Shown here piece by piece: positions 29,640-41,141 of a stretch of DNA of 64,000 nucleotides. The position numbers were made by a program, and so were the translations under genes. The notes under the pieces are model-generated. The model ran no database searches. It saw only the letters and a program-made list of their open reading frames with translations, and was not told where the DNA came from. The stretch lies in the NCBI GenBank assembly GCA_963662405.2, contig CAXXKT010000001.1, forward strand, positions 416,001 to 480,000, read 5' to 3'. The first letter of the stretch is position 1. Each line of letters starts with the position of its first letter. This DNA is from Syntrophales bacterium (lineage in GTDB: Bacteria; Desulfobacterota; Syntrophia; Syntrophales; UBA2210).

Positions 29640-30245
29640 CTATGACGGGCCCGTCAGCCTCAGCACCCCGGCCCGCTCCATGGCCGTGACCACCTCACAC
29701 AGAGGAAGACCGATCACATTGGTGTATGACCCCTGGATCTCCTTGATAAAAAAGGCCGCTTTTCCCTGGACGGCGTATCCTCCCGCCTTATCATACGGTT
29801 CATCCGTTCGCGTGTACCACTCCATCTCATCCGGGGAGATCTCCTTGAACAACACACCGGAACGGACGGAATCATTGACGACAGCACCCAGTCCTCCCTT
29901 TACGAGCGCGAACCCCGTTATGACGATGTGCTCACGACCGCTCAGCATGCCGAGCATCCGCTTCGCCTCGACGGGGGTTGCCGGTTTGCCCAGGACATCG
30001 CCGTCTATGACCACGATCGTATCCGCACCGAGGACCCACCGGGTCGGATGCGCCCGGGACACCGCGAGGGCCTTTTCTTTCGAAAGCCGCAGGACATGTT
30101 CTTCCGGTGATTCTCCGGCCACAGGACTCTCATCAACATCGCTCGGGATAATGTCGAAATCAGGTATCAGCGCCCTCAATAGCGTCCTGCGACGTGGTGA
30201 AGCGGACGCCAGTATAAAGGACGCTTGCATGTTCATAGTATTCAT
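29640..30245 (-). CDS. maf: Maf family nucleotide pyrophosphatase
   Basis: ILASASPRR, GADTIV, KAGGYAVQG, NVIGLP. Confidence 0.95.
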   Translation of the reverse strand: MNTMNMQASFILASASPRRRTLLRALIPDFDIIPSDVDESPVAGESPEEHVLRLSKEKALAVSRAHPTRWVLGADTIVVIDGDVLGKPATPVEAKRMLGMLSGREHIVITGFALVKGGLGAVVNDSVRSGVLFKEISPDEMEWYTRTDEPYDKAGGYAVQGKAAFFIKEIQGSYTNVIGLPLCEVVTAMERAGVLRLTGPS

Positions 30246-30293
30246 GTCTCCTCATGTCATTTCATACGGGGCAAGGAACCACCCACCTCCCTA

Positions 30294-30695
30294 TCAGGGA
30301 CAGTCGGCAATAGATTTGACGATTATTTTCCTCACCCGGGGACCATCGAATTCACAGAAAAAGATCGACTGCCACGTCCCCAGGACAAGGGTCCCTCCCT
30401 CCACAATGAGAATCTCGGAGGGACCGATAATCGACGCCTTGATGTGCGCGGCTGAGTTACCCTCGATGTGCCGGTAGCCATCATTCAGAGGAACCATCTT
30501 ATCAAGCTCCATCAGGATATCTTTCGGCACATCGGGGTCCGCTTTTTCGTTAATCGTGACTGCTGCGGTCGTATGAAGCGTGTATACATAGCATATTCCG
30601 TTCGCCACACCACTTTTCCGGACGATGGAGGTAATCTCCCGCGTAATATCGATCATCTCAAAACGCGCCTTGGTCCTCACGGTCAACTGGTCCAT
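30294..30695 (-). CDS. yjbQ: YjbQ/UPF0047 protein (secondary thiamine-phosphate synthase activity in E. coli)
   Basis: HTTAAVTINE, NSAAHIK, LGTWQ.IFFCEFDGPR. Confidence 0.93.
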   Translation of the reverse strand: MDQLTVRTKARFEMIDITREITSIVRKSGVANGICYVYTLHTTAAVTINEKADPDVPKDILMELDKMVPLNDGYRHIEGNSAAHIKASIIGPSEILIVEGGTLVLGTWQSIFFCEFDGPRVRKIIVKSIADCP

Positions 30696-30887
30696 ACTGT
30701 CCTCCATAACAGCGGGGGATTCTCCCAAAAGGAATCATTCCCATTTTGAATATATCTTTTGACTTATCTTTTCTCATTGTCTATATTCCAGAAGTTACGT
30801 TGCTTCGGAGTCTACTCGATCCTCCGAATACTATTAAGGCATGTTCCTCGCCGCGCCAGTACGATAAAGGGCTTATCAACGCAAACC

Positions 30888-31577
30888 ATGAAACCTGAAG
30901 AGTTCTTGCAGGGGGTATCCCTCTTCCAATCTCTCAGCCGCAGCGACAGAGAGTGCCTTGCCGCTTCCCTCAAACGACGCTTATTGAAGAAGGGAGAGGC
31001 TCTCTTCCGCAAAGGGGATGAGGGAACGTCACTTTATATAGTACAGTCGGGTAGTGTCAAGGTTGTTCTTCCATCAGAGATGGGGGATGAGGTCGCGGCC
31101 GCCATTCTCTCTGAAGGAGATTTCTTCGGTGAGATGGCACTCCTGGACGGGATGCCGCGTTCGGCCGATGTGATAGCGCTCGAAGCTTCCGCGCTCCTGG
31201 CACTGAACCAAAGAGATTTTCTGGCTTTTCTAAAAGGAAATGAGGGGGCCATACAGGCGATCTTTTCCTACCTCACCATGCGGCTACGCAGAACCGATGA
31301 ACTGCTTGAAGATGCTTATTTCCTTAATATTTCAGCACGCCTCGCCAGAAGACTCGTCGAGCTGTCCGAAAAATACGGTCAACAAAGTGCGGAAGGAGGA
31401 CCGATAAAGATCGATCTGCGTCTGACACAGAAGGATCTTGCCAGTATTGTGGGAACAACTCGGGAAAGTGTCAACAAAGAACTGAGGGCTCTGCGTGAAA
31501 AGGGTTTCGTCGTCACCGAGGAAGATGCCCTGCACATTCTCAACTTTGAAGGTCTCAGAAAGCGTGCCCGCCTCTAA
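30888..31577 (+). CDS. Crp/Fnr family regulator, cAMP-binding type
   Basis: FFGEMALLDG.PRSA cNMP pocket; HTH TQKDLAS.VGTTRESVNK. Confidence 0.93.
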   Translation: MKPEEFLQGVSLFQSLSRSDRECLAASLKRRLLKKGEALFRKGDEGTSLYIVQSGSVKVVLPSEMGDEVAAAILSEGDFFGEMALLDGMPRSADVIALEASALLALNQRDFLAFLKGNEGAIQAIFSYLTMRLRRTDELLEDAYFLNISARLARRLVELSEKYGQQSAEGGPIKIDLRLTQKDLASIVGTTRESVNKELRALREKGFVVTEEDALHILNFEGLRKRARL

Positions 31578-31587
31578 TAGATTGTCA

Positions 31588-31603
31588 TGTGACGCACATC
31601 ACA
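31588..31603. promoter_or_regulatory. CRP-type binding site
   Basis: TGTGA-CGCACA-TCACA, perfect consensus. Confidence 0.8.
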
Positions 31604-31761
31604 CCAAAGCGATGAAGCGCCTCATTGCTTTGACCGCCCATCTCTAGTATACGGCTGGAGAATAGGTTTGTGTACCCATAATATTCCGCGCTTTTGCATG
31701 CCGCTGCCCCGCAGAGCGGGGTGATGGCATTTCGGCAGGAAAGAATTGGTAGTGTATATTC

Positions 31762-32541
31762 ATGATTCCTCCGTACGATCCATATATTCCTGTGATCCTC
31801 TCGGCACTTTTGGGCGCCGTCGTGGGTAGTTTCCTCAACGTATGCATCTACCGCATCCCGGAGGGACGATCCATCGTCTTCCCGGCTTCACACTGCCCTG
31901 TCTGTTCGCAACCGATACGATGGTATGACAACGTACCGATTATCAGTTTTCTGATTCTCAAGGGAAAATGCAGAAAATGCGCGCAAAGAATATCCCCCCT
32001 ATACCCTTTTGTTGAACTGTTGACCGCCCTCATGGCCGTTCTCCTTTTTCGAAAATACGGCCTGTCTCTCGATTTTCTCTTTGCTTTTCTGTTCACCTGT
32101 GCATTGATCGTTATTACTTTTGTTGACCTGAAACATCAGATTATCCCCGATGTAATTACCCTTCCGGGAATCCCGCTGTTTGCCCTGGCGGCAATTTTCT
32201 TCATGGATATCACGATCAAGGATTCTCTGATCGGCATCCTCGCAGGAGGAGGGTTTCTGTATCTGGTTGCCATTACGTATCAACTCGTGACAAAAAGGGA
32301 GGGCATGGGAGGAGGCGATATTAAACTACTGGCCATGCTGGGAGGATTTCTGGGGTGGCAATCCATTTGGTTTATCATCATGGCAGGTTCCATCGTCGGC
32401 GCGGTCGCAGGCATATCGGTTATGATCTGGAAGGGGAAGGATACGCGATACCCCATCCCTTTCGGTCCGTTTCTTTCCGCCGCCGCCATGGGATACCTCC
32501 TTTGGGGCGATCTATGCATGAAGCTTGTGCTCGTCAGGTAA
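31762..32541 (+). CDS. pilD: Prepilin peptidase
   Basis: GSFLNVCIYR.P, two CxxC motifs, GMGGGDIKL, PFGPFL. Confidence 0.96.
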   Translation: MIPPYDPYIPVILSALLGAVVGSFLNVCIYRIPEGRSIVFPASHCPVCSQPIRWYDNVPIISFLILKGKCRKCAQRISPLYPFVELLTALMAVLLFRKYGLSLDFLFAFLFTCALIVITFVDLKHQIIPDVITLPGIPLFALAAIFFMDITIKDSLIGILAGGGFLYLVAITYQLVTKREGMGGGDIKLLAMLGGFLGWQSIWFIIMAGSIVGAVAGISVMIWKGKDTRYPIPFGPFLSAAAMGYLLWGDLCMKLVLVR

Positions 32542-32972
32542 AGGGGTTTACCCTCGTCGAAATGATGATTGTAGTATCCGTACTGGCAATCCTTGCCGCC
32601 ATTGCGTCTCCGAATCTTCAGGATTATATGCGACAAAGGAGAGTCAGCGGAGCGGCAAGGCAGGTCATGTCGGACCTGATGGGTGCGAGGATGAAGGCGG
32701 CGAATGAGAACAACCGATTCAAGGTATTTTTCCTGGATAATCACCGGTACAAGATACTTGACGACAACGATAATGACAACACGGAAGACACCGGAGAAAC
32801 AACCACAATCAAGACCATTCAGAACGCATACCCCGATGTGACACTGAGCGCGACGGCTAATCCTATTTTCTATCCAAACGGAACCGCCTACGGCACAACC
32901 ATCACTTTTACCAATGTCAGCGGTTCGAAGGATGTCAGCGTCTCAACGGCCGGCCGTGTCAAGATACAATAA
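32514..32972 (+). CDS. FimT/GspH-like minor pilin
   Basis: GFTLVEMMIV prepilin motif; ends GRVKIQ. Confidence 0.88.
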   Translation: MHEACARQVKGFTLVEMMIVVSVLAILAAIASPNLQDYMRQRRVSGAARQVMSDLMGARMKAANENNRFKVFFLDNHRYKILDDNDNDNTEDTGETTTIKTIQNAYPDVTLSATANPIFYPNGTAYGTTITFTNVSGSKDVSVSTAGRVKIQ

Positions 32973-33346
32973 TGGGACATGACATGAAGAAAATAAACGA
33001 TTCAAAAGGTTTTACCCTTGTAGAAGTCATGATCGCCATACTGCTCCTCGCGGTGGGTCTCTTGAGCGTGGCAAGCGTGGCAACAACCGTCATAAACGGG
33101 AATAGACTCAGCCGATATATAACCACCGCCACCACCCTGGCCCAGGATAAGATAGAAACGCTCAAAGACACAAGCTATGCAAACCTCGGATCCAATTCCG
33201 ACACACAGCAACCCATCTATACGAGAACATGGACAACGACTGCCAACTCACCCGCTACCGGCATGAAAACGATCCAGGTAACGGTACAATTTCCATGGAA
33301 GGGTACGACCCATAGCGTTACCCTCAGGACGATAGTGGCAAAATAG
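32972..33346 (+). CDS. PilV-like minor pilin
   Basis: GFTLVEVMIAILLLAVGLL. Confidence 0.88.
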   Translation: MGHDMKKINDSKGFTLVEVMIAILLLAVGLLSVASVATTVINGNRLSRYITTATTLAQDKIETLKDTSYANLGSNSDTQQPIYTRTWTTTANSPATGMKTIQVTVQFPWKGTTHSVTLRTIVAK

Positions 33347-33348
33347 CG

Positions 33349-34017
33349 ATGGAAACCATATATCGAAGAGCAGGACGCGTCAGGCGGCAATCCGGAAGAC
33401 GTGACGGAGGGTTTTCCCTTATTGAACTCCTCATCGCCATGTCGGTCGGCCTGATCGCCCTGGGCGCCATGTACGGTGTCTTTAACATGCATCGCAAAGC
33501 CCTCGACATTCAGGAACAGATCGCCGAGATGCAGCAGAGCACCCGGGCCGCGATGGAGTTCATGTCCAGAGAATTGCGCATGGCAGGGTATAACCCCAAA
33601 CCCCATCTCAACCCCACGGGTTTGGTTGTGGGGATTCAAACTGCCACATCCAGCAGCCTGACGTTCTCTCTCGACATACGGGGCGACGACGAGGGCGACC
33701 CCCCTGATGGAGACACCGGTGATTCGAATGAGTATATCACGTATTCACTCTATACCCCGGAGGACGGTATACAGAAACTCGGACGAAGATCGACAACCGA
33801 TGCCACGTATCAACCGATTGCCGAGCACATCCAGTCCCTCACGTTTCAATACCAGGACACAAACGGCACTACGACGGCCAGCACAACGGCCATTCGCCGG
33901 ATACAGATCACCATCACCGCACGGACAGCGAAACCGGATCCGGGATACGCTTCAAATAGCGGTTACAGAACATACACCCTTACATCCGTTGTTGCCCCGA
34001 GAAATCTCGGCCTATAA
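33349..34017 (+). CDS. PilW-like minor pilin
   Basis: GFSLIELLIAM; RELRMAGY; ends V.PRNL. Confidence 0.88.
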   Translation: METIYRRAGRVRRQSGRRDGGFSLIELLIAMSVGLIALGAMYGVFNMHRKALDIQEQIAEMQQSTRAAMEFMSRELRMAGYNPKPHLNPTGLVVGIQTATSSSLTFSLDIRGDDEGDPPDGDTGDSNEYITYSLYTPEDGIQKLGRRSTTDATYQPIAEHIQSLTFQYQDTNGTTTASTTAIRRIQITITARTAKPDPGYASNSGYRTYTLTSVVAPRNLGL

Positions 34018-34031
34018 GGGAGAAGGACACC

Positions 34032-35279
34032 ATGAAACGCATCAAGGCACTCTGCGGGAACGAACAGGGGGTGGCCCTCGTAACGGTCCTCCTCCTGGTT
34101 GCGACCCTGACCATTTTAGGGACAACCGTTGTCATACAAACATCCACCGATCTCAAGATCGCCAGCAATTTCGAGACCGGCAAAGAGGCCTTCTATGCCG
34201 CGGAAGCGGGCATCGAAGAGGGGCGGGCACGGCTCCGCAAATATGCGACAGGAGCCATCGGCGACGGTCACCCAACCTCAACTCAGTGGCGGGCCTATAT
34301 CGGGACCGATGTCAAGGCCCAGGGAAAAGGATACGACAGTGAGAACGTCATGCACGTCAAGACGAGCAGCCTCCAGTCCACACTGGATTACGTCGTCGTC
34401 ATACGGCACCAGACGGATGACTCCGGTAATATTTTATACTGGGGAGATGCCGACGGCGACGGAACGAGTGAACGAAGCACAACGCCCGGGCAGAACATCT
34501 ATCTGATCAACAGCTATGGCACGTTCGGCACCTCGGTCAAGACGATCACGGCAGAGGTAACCCGGGTCCCGCCGATCACGGTTCCTTCCGCCCTGTACGT
34601 CGAAGATGATACCTCTATCAGCGGCACCAGCACCTATGTTTCCGGCAACAATGCCTGCGGAGCAACCGGCGACAAACCGGGGATCAAGACAACGGATAGT
34701 GAAGCTGACGATTCTATCACCCCGAACGGCAACCCCACCATCGAGGGCAATCCCGCCATCGAATACAGCGGGGCGGATCTGGATATCCAGAGTATGGTCA
34801 ATTCCGTCAAGGGTGCCGCCGATTTTTCGTATACCGTCGACAGTGTAACCCATACGGCAGATACCGTCCCAGGTCCGGGGGACGGATGGGGAACACCAAC
34901 GGGCGGCGCGACCCAAAACGACCCCTCCTCCTGCAGTACCGGGAGCATCGTTCACTACGACACGCAGGGTACCTCCGTCAAGCTGAGCGGCGGCACAAGC
35001 GGATGCGGGATCTTGGTCGTTGAGGGCGATCTCGAACTCAGCGGCGCTTTTTCATGGTACGGGATCATCATCGCCACGGGATCGATCAGATTTACCGGCG
35101 GGGGGCCGGGTGACAAAAATGTCACCGGAGGGATCCTGTCCGGGGCATCGGTTGACGCCGATATGGACACGACGATATCGGGGGGCGTCAGCATCATCTA
35201 CTGTAGTACGGCCGTGGAAAATCAGACGCAGAACGCGCCCTTGAAAATGCTGAGTTGGAGAGAGGATCTTATGCCTTAG
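34032..35279 (+). CDS. PilX-like minor pilin
   Basis: G.AL start lacking Glu5; AFYAAEAGIE. Confidence 0.85.
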   Translation: MKRIKALCGNEQGVALVTVLLLVATLTILGTTVVIQTSTDLKIASNFETGKEAFYAAEAGIEEGRARLRKYATGAIGDGHPTSTQWRAYIGTDVKAQGKGYDSENVMHVKTSSLQSTLDYVVVIRHQTDDSGNILYWGDADGDGTSERSTTPGQNIYLINSYGTFGTSVKTITAEVTRVPPITVPSALYVEDDTSISGTSTYVSGNNACGATGDKPGIKTTDSEADDSITPNGNPTIEGNPAIEYSGADLDIQSMVNSVKGAADFSYTVDSVTHTADTVPGPGDGWGTPTGGATQNDPSSCSTGSIVHYDTQGTSVKLSGGTSGCGILVVEGDLELSGAFSWYGIIIATGSIRFTGGGPGDKNVTGGILSGASVDADMDTTISGGVSIIYCSTAVENQTQNAPLKMLSWREDLMP

Positions 35280-35305
35280 CAGGAGGGCGCCTGTTTAAGA
35301 TTTTT

Positions 35306-35845
35306 TTACTTCTCTTTCCACCATCCATTCGGAAGTTTTCCCCTGTTCTTTTCTTTGACCTCGTCCGTCAGGGCATATATCTCGGTGGTGAGCCTCCTCA
35401 TTTCCTTTTGCTCTCTCTCCTTGGCTTCCGCATCTCTTTTGCTTGTTGCCTCTCTGAGTCTCTCAAGCGTTCGATCAAGTTCAGCGGCGAGCCGTTCCTT
35501 TTTCTCCATATACAAAGGGATATCTATCTGTTCCTGTTCCTCTTTCCCTGTATCCTCGCGACTATTCGTTCCGGAAGGGGGTACCGTTGTCTCCTGTTCA
35601 ATCCCGGATTGTGCGTACCGTAGGTTTTCCGGGATCACCTTGTCTATGGTCATGATCGAATCCTTCCCAATACCCATAACCCCATCGTAGATGTAAAAGC
35701 GCACCTCCCCCCCTTCCCGCCAGTACTTGAGGGTCGTGAATTCGCCTCCATTCTTCAGGGAGATCCGCCAAGCATCCGAACCTCCCGCGGGGGCCGCGAG
35801 GAACAGGACCATGATACCGATAAGTGCCAGATATTTTTTCTCCAT
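35306..35845 (-). CDS. Secreted hypothetical protein
   Basis: Signal peptide MEKKYLAL.., I.LKNG motif, C-terminal coiled coil. Confidence 0.7.
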   Translation of the reverse strand: MEKKYLALIGIMVLFLAAPAGGSDAWRISLKNGGEFTTLKYWREGGEVRFYIYDGVMGIGKDSIMTIDKVIPENLRYAQSGIEQETTVPPSGTNSREDTGKEEQEQIDIPLYMEKKERLAAELDRTLERLREATSKRDAEAKEREQKEMRRLTTEIYALTDEVKEKNRGKLPNGWWKEK

Positions 35846-36036
35846 GATTCCCGGAGTATAACAGCATGTGGAGCTTGAAGACAATAGGAAAAGTGATCCG
35901 CACGGGCACACTTTTCCATGGGGAAAAACCCTCCCTGCAAAGCGCAGAAAAATATCAAAACCTCTTGACTCGAAAGGACTGTATAGATATATTGGGAACC
36001 GATAGGGAAAATCGAGCTACCGGAAGGAAGGGACTT

Positions 36037-36228
36037 ATGGGTACCGAAAAGAGATACTGCTCCATATGCGCGTGGAGGGGGACCTGTGCAAAGCGGTTTT
36101 TCTGTTTCCAAGGATGCCAGCGGGAGGGGTCCACTGTCCTGATTATACGAGGGACCCTCGAGATCAAAGATCATGACATTGATGGAATAATCAACCAAAG
36201 CGAACACGTAGAATTGCAGGGGAAATAA
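36037..36228 (+). CDS. Small Cys-rich protein with apparent compensating homopolymer frameshifts
   Basis: YCSICAWRGTC; alternative frames read SVSKDASG / VHCPDYTRD. Confidence 0.55.
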   Translation: MGTEKRYCSICAWRGTCAKRFFCFQGCQREGSTVLIIRGTLEIKDHDIDGIINQSEHVELQGK

Positions 36229-36262
36229 CAACGGCGTAGCAACGAGCCATTTGAGATTCAGC

Positions 36263-36291
36263 AAAAAGGTTGGCCTCCGGGCCAACTTTTT
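36263..36291. terminator. Bidirectional hairpin terminator
   Basis: AAAAAGGTTGGCC-TCC-GGGCCAACTTTTT. Confidence 0.65.
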
Positions 36292-36320
36292 CGTTTTCTA
36301 CGCGACCGAGAAACGATCAT

Positions 36321-37985
36321 ATGAAAAAGAAACTCGTCGGATTACTGGAGCAATCTATCCATTCCTCCTTGAATAAAGGGACATTAAAAAAAACGGATAT
36401 CCCTTTCATAGAAGTCGAACTTCCGCGTGAAGGTACCCACGGTGATTACGCATCGAACATAGCCATGGTACTCGCCTCCAGTCAGAGGGAAAATCCCCGG
36501 AAGATCGCCGAACGCATCGTCGAGAACATCGATGACGGTGAGGGGATCATCGATAAGATAGAAATCGCTGGCCCCGGTTTTATCAATTTTTTCATTGAGA
36601 AAACCGCATGGGCCACCCTCCTGAAGGAGGTAGATGCGCAGGGAGACCACTATGGTGAATCCACCCTCGGGAAGGGGGCAAAGATCCAGGTTGAGTTTGT
36701 CAGCGCCAACCCCACGGGGCCCTCTCCATATCGGGCATGCCAGAGGTGCCGTTATCGGCGACGTCGTTGCCAGCATCCTTCAGGCATCGGGGTTCTCCGT
36801 ATCCAGGGAGTACTATATCAATGACGCCGGGAACCAGATGAATACACTGGGAGAATCCGTTTACTATCGCTACCTGGAACAGATGGGGGAGACCGTTTCC
36901 TTCCCCGAAAGCTGCTATCAGGGAGGATATATCGCGGAGCTCGCCCGTGAGGTACACGACCAGTTCGGAAACCGGTTCCACTCCGACAGAGAGGCGGCTA
37001 TCCCCTTTCTGACGGAGTATGCTGCAGGATCCATCCTTGAGGGGATCAAGGAAGATCTCGAGACGCTGGGGGTGGTTTTCGACCGTTATTTCAGTGAAAA
37101 GGAACTTCACGAAAACGACAATGTCACACAAGTCATCCGCAAGCTTCAGGAAGAAGGCTTCATATACGAGGAGGGTGGCACGCTGTGGTTCAAGACGACG
37201 GATTTCGGGGACGAGAAGGACCGAGTCGTCGTCAGAGAAAACGGCGAACCGACCTACTTTGCGGGCGATATCGCCTATCACCTGAATAAATACACGCGCG
37301 GCTTTGATAAGGTCATCAATGTCTGGGGAGCGGATCATCACGGATATATTCCACGGATGCAGGCGTGTATCCAGGCACTCGGCAGGAGGAAGGAGGATCT
37401 GGAGGTTGTCTTGGTGCAGTTGGTCAACCTCCTCAGAGGAGGCGTTCCCGTCCCCATGTCGACCCGGGCAGGCGAATTCGTCACCATACGGGAGGTGACT
37501 GATGAGGTGGGAAAGGACGCGGCCCGGTATAATTTTCTGATGCGCAGATCGAACAGCCACCTCGACTTTGACCTGGAGATCGCGAAGGCGCAGTCAAATG
37601 AAAACCCCGTCTATTACGTTCAGTATGCACACGCCAGGATCTGCAGCATTATGAGAAACGCCGTGGAACAGGGGCATCTGATCCCGGTATTCGGCGATAT
37701 CCGGCTCGACCTCCTGACGACCGCGGAAGAACGTGAGCTCATCAAGATCATAGGCTCATACCCTGAGATCGTCGAGGGAAGCGCACAGACCCTTGAGCTA
37801 CATCGTATCCCCGTATTACATCAACGACCTCGCCTCCGTCTTCCACAGTTTTTACAACAAGCACCGGGTTGTTTCGGACGATAGCGAGCTGACACAGGCA
37901 CGGCTGTTTTTGATCAAATCCGCCGGAAACCGTTATCCGCAATGCCCTCAGATTATTGGGCGTTTCAGCGCCGGAACGGATGTGA
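36321..37985 (+). CDS. argS: Arginyl-tRNA synthetase, split by frameshifts
   Basis: [46 protein letters not shown]-terminal GVSAPERM across frames. Confidence 0.93.
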
Positions 37986-38027
37986 GAGCAAACTTCTCTC
38001 AGACTCATCCATGACAAGGGTAAATCA

Positions 38028-38672
38028 ATGTCGAAGAAAACGGAAGAGTTTGAATTCAAGCTGAGCAGATCCGGCCTGACCTTTTTCACCTTTGTCATTG
38101 CGGTCGTTTTATTGCTTTCTTTCGCCGGCGGGGTGATCGTCGGAAAGAATATAGAAAGTTATCCGGAAAAGATTGCAAAAGGGCTTCCAAACGTCATAAA
38201 GAAAACCATTGCCAACCGTATTGATGTCGCGTCAGGCACAAATGAGGAGAACGTAGCGAAGAAACATATCACTCCTCCTGATACGGAGCCGGATGGGGAA
38301 AAGATTGAATTTACCTTTTACGACAGGCTCAAAAAAACCGATGCGGAAGTAAAGCAAACCGCTACTGCCGATGAAACCCTCTCCCCGGATACGTTGTCTC
38401 ATGTCCCGTCCCCCAAAAAGCTAAAGGGCCTCTACACGGTCCAGGTAGCCTCCTTCAGGGACAAAGAAAAGACAGTGCGATTGAGGGGTGAGTTATCCGA
38501 CATGGGATGTGCTCCCCGGGTGGACGAGGTCACCCTGAAATCCGGAAAATGGTTTCGCATAAAACTGGAAGGCTTCGACACCTATAACGAAGCCGAAAGG
38601 ATTGCATCTCGTGTGGAGGACAAGATCAAAGGGGTCAAGTGTCTCATCAGAAAAAACAGAGAATCGAGATAA
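38028..38672 (+). CDS. SPOR-domain membrane protein (FtsN-like)
   Basis: TM helix, FTFYDRL, YTVQVASF; follows argS. Confidence 0.85.
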   Translation: MSKKTEEFEFKLSRSGLTFFTFVIAVVLLLSFAGGVIVGKNIESYPEKIAKGLPNVIKKTIANRIDVASGTNEENVAKKHITPPDTEPDGEKIEFTFYDRLKKTDAEVKQTATADETLSPDTLSHVPSPKKLKGLYTVQVASFRDKEKTVRLRGELSDMGCAPRVDEVTLKSGKWFRIKLEGFDTYNEAERIASRVEDKIKGVKCLIRKNRESR

Positions 38673-38678
38673 AACGGT

Positions 38679-40012
38679 ATGTTTGAAAATCTGACTGAAA
38701 AGCTGGATACGGTCTTTAAAAAGCTGAAGGGCCGGGGCGTCCTTGACGAGGAACACGTCGCGGCCGCCATGAAAGATATCCGAATGGCGCTCCTTGAAGC
38801 TGATGTCAACTTCAAGGTCACCAAGGAATTCATCCGGGATGTCAGTGAGAGGGCCATCGGCCGCGAGGTCCTGGACAGCATCACCCCCGGACAACAAATC
38901 GTCAAGATCGTCCATGACCGACTCATCGAACTCATGGGGACGGAAAGCAGCCATCTGAATCTCTCCAACCGCTTCCTGCCCCGGTCATGATGGTTGGCCT
39001 CCAGGGATGTGGGAAGACAACTACCGCCGCAAAGCTGGCCCGGCATCTCAAAGACCAGGGCCGCCGCGTTTCTCTCGTTTCCGTAGATATCTACAGACCG
39101 GCGGCGATCGAACAGCTCAAGATACTCGGTGACAAGATCGGGGTTCATGTCTACGACTCACAGGGCCGAAACGATCCGGTACAGATCTGTATCGACGCGG
39201 TTGAAGACGGAAAGGCAAACGGCTACGATACGCTCATCATCGATACCGCGGGGAGGTTGCACATCGATGATGAGTTGATGAACGAATTAAAACGGATACA
39301 GAAAGCGGTCGATCCGTCGGAGATTCTCTTCGTCGCTGACGCAATGACGGGGCAGGATGCCGTCTCGGTGGCTGAAAAGTTCGACGAACTCCTGAACATA
39401 CAAGGCGTCGTCCTGACAAAAATGGACGGGGACGCACGGGGCGGAGCGGCGTTATCCCTGAAGAAGGTCATTGGAAAACCGGTCAAGTTCGTCGGGATGG
39501 GCGAGAAGACCGATGCCCTGGAAGTCTTCCATCCGGAACGGATGGCATCCCGGATTCTCGGTATGGGGGATATCCTGACCCTGGTCGAAAAGGCCCAGAC
39601 GACGATTGATGAAAAGGCCGCACGCGATCTCGAGCGGAAGATCCGTAAGGATTCGTTCACTCTGAACGACCTGAAAAAGCAGCTGGGGCAGATACAAAAG
39701 ATGGGATCGCTCCAGGATATCATCGGAATGATACCCGGTCTCGGAAAGATAAAGGCCCTGAAGGATGCCACGCCTGACAAGCGTGAACTGGTGAAGACAA
39801 CCGCCATTATTGATTCCATGACGGAGAAGGAACGCATCAATTACAAGATCATCAACGGCCAGAGGCGAAAAAGAATCGCCAACGGAAGTGGTACCACGGT
39901 GCAGGACGTCAACCGGGTCCTTAAAAACTATGTAGAGATGAGAAAGATGATGAAGAAGTTGTCAAAGGGGGGAATGAAATCGATGATGAGGGGAAATTTG
40001 CCCTTTAAATAG
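38679..40012 (+). CDS. ffh: Signal recognition particle protein, one frameshift near 38985
   Basis: ALLEADV, GLQGCGKTT, DTAGR, TKMDGDARGG. Confidence 0.95.
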
Positions 40013-40075
40013 AGAAAAAGATGTGATAATAGTAAGCGTTAATGTCGATAAAATCAGGAGGTGATAACCTACAGG

Positions 40076-40351
40076 ATGGCAGTAAAAATCAGATTAACGA
40101 GAATGGGCGCAAAAAAGAAGCCGTTTTATCGAATTGTCGTGGCGGAAAACGAGGCGCCGAGGGATGGAAGGTTCATTGAAATAGTCGGCAATTACGACCC
40201 GCTGAAGGATCCGGTCGAGATCAACCTCAAGGAAGGCCGGGTGGAGGAGTGGTTGTCGAAGGGAGCCAAACCGACCGAGACGGTCTCGAGTCTTCTCAAG
40301 AAGAAAGGCGTGGTACCGAAGACAAAGGAAGCGGAACAAGCACAGATGTAG
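40076..40351 (+). CDS. rpsP: 30S ribosomal protein S16
   Basis: [22 protein letters not shown]. Confidence 0.98.
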   Translation: MAVKIRLTRMGAKKKPFYRIVVAENEAPRDGRFIEIVGNYDPLKDPVEINLKEGRVEEWLSKGAKPTETVSSLLKKKGVVPKTKEAEQAQM

Positions 40352-40414
40352 GGTTGTGGTGATACGGAACCATCTTCATCTTACTTATGCCAACAATCAC
40401 GGGGGGGTGCTGCG

Positions 40415-40645
40415 ATGAAAGATTTGGTCAAGTATATGGCTCAGGCTTTGGTAGATTATCCTGATGATGTTGAGTGTACCGAGGTGATCGGCGAGCAAAC
40501 TTCCGTCATTGAGCTGAGGGTTGCCAAGGATGATCTGGGGAAGGTCATAGGAAAACAGGGGAAAACCGCAAAGGCAATGAGAACCATCCTCAGCGCGGCA
40601 TCATCCAAGATACACAAGAGAGCGGTTCTCGAGATCATAGAATAA
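40415..40645 (+). CDS. khpA: KH-domain RNA-binding protein
   Basis: [10 protein letters not shown]; conserved position after rpsP. Confidence 0.93.
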   Translation: MKDLVKYMAQALVDYPDDVECTEVIGEQTSVIELRVAKDDLGKVIGKQGKTAKAMRTILSAASSKIHKRAVLEIIE

Positions 40646-41140
40646 GTGAGTGATCTGCTTGAGATAGGGAAGATCGTCAAATCCAACGGTCTGAAGGGCC
40701 GACTCAAGGTTCTTTCATATTGTGAATCGGCACAGGAGCTCGAAACGCTGGCGTGTGTTTTCGTTGGCGGGGATGTTGAACATGTATCCCCCTTCAATGT
40801 GAGTTATTTGCGCGCCAAGGGAGGATCTTTTTCTCTTGAGCTCGAAGGTGTCGAGTCCTTGGAGGCGGCCAATGGGTTGGTGGGACAATTGGTCTGCATC
40901 CCTCGGGAGCAACTCCCGGATGGTGAATACTACTGGAGCGATGTCATAGGGCTTGATATCGTGACCGAAGATGGCCGACGGTTGGGTCAGGTCGCAGCCG
41001 TTTTACCGACGGGGAGTAATGATGTGTACATCTGCAGGGGCGATGAAGGTGAGATCCTCATTCCGGCATTTGACGACGTGGTCCGAAAAATCGACATCGG
41101 ACAAGGCATCATGGTGGTGAGGCTTCCCGAAGGGCTGTAG
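40646..41140 (+). CDS. rimM: 16S rRNA processing protein
   Basis: GLKG, GEYYWSD.IG, GSNDVY, LIP. Confidence 0.95.
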   Translation: MSDLLEIGKIVKSNGLKGRLKVLSYCESAQELETLACVFVGGDVEHVSPFNVSYLRAKGGSFSLELEGVESLEAANGLVGQLVCIPREQLPDGEYYWSDVIGLDIVTEDGRRLGQVAAVLPTGSNDVYICRGDEGEILIPAFDDVVRKIDIGQGIMVVRLPEGL

Positions 41141-41141
41141 C

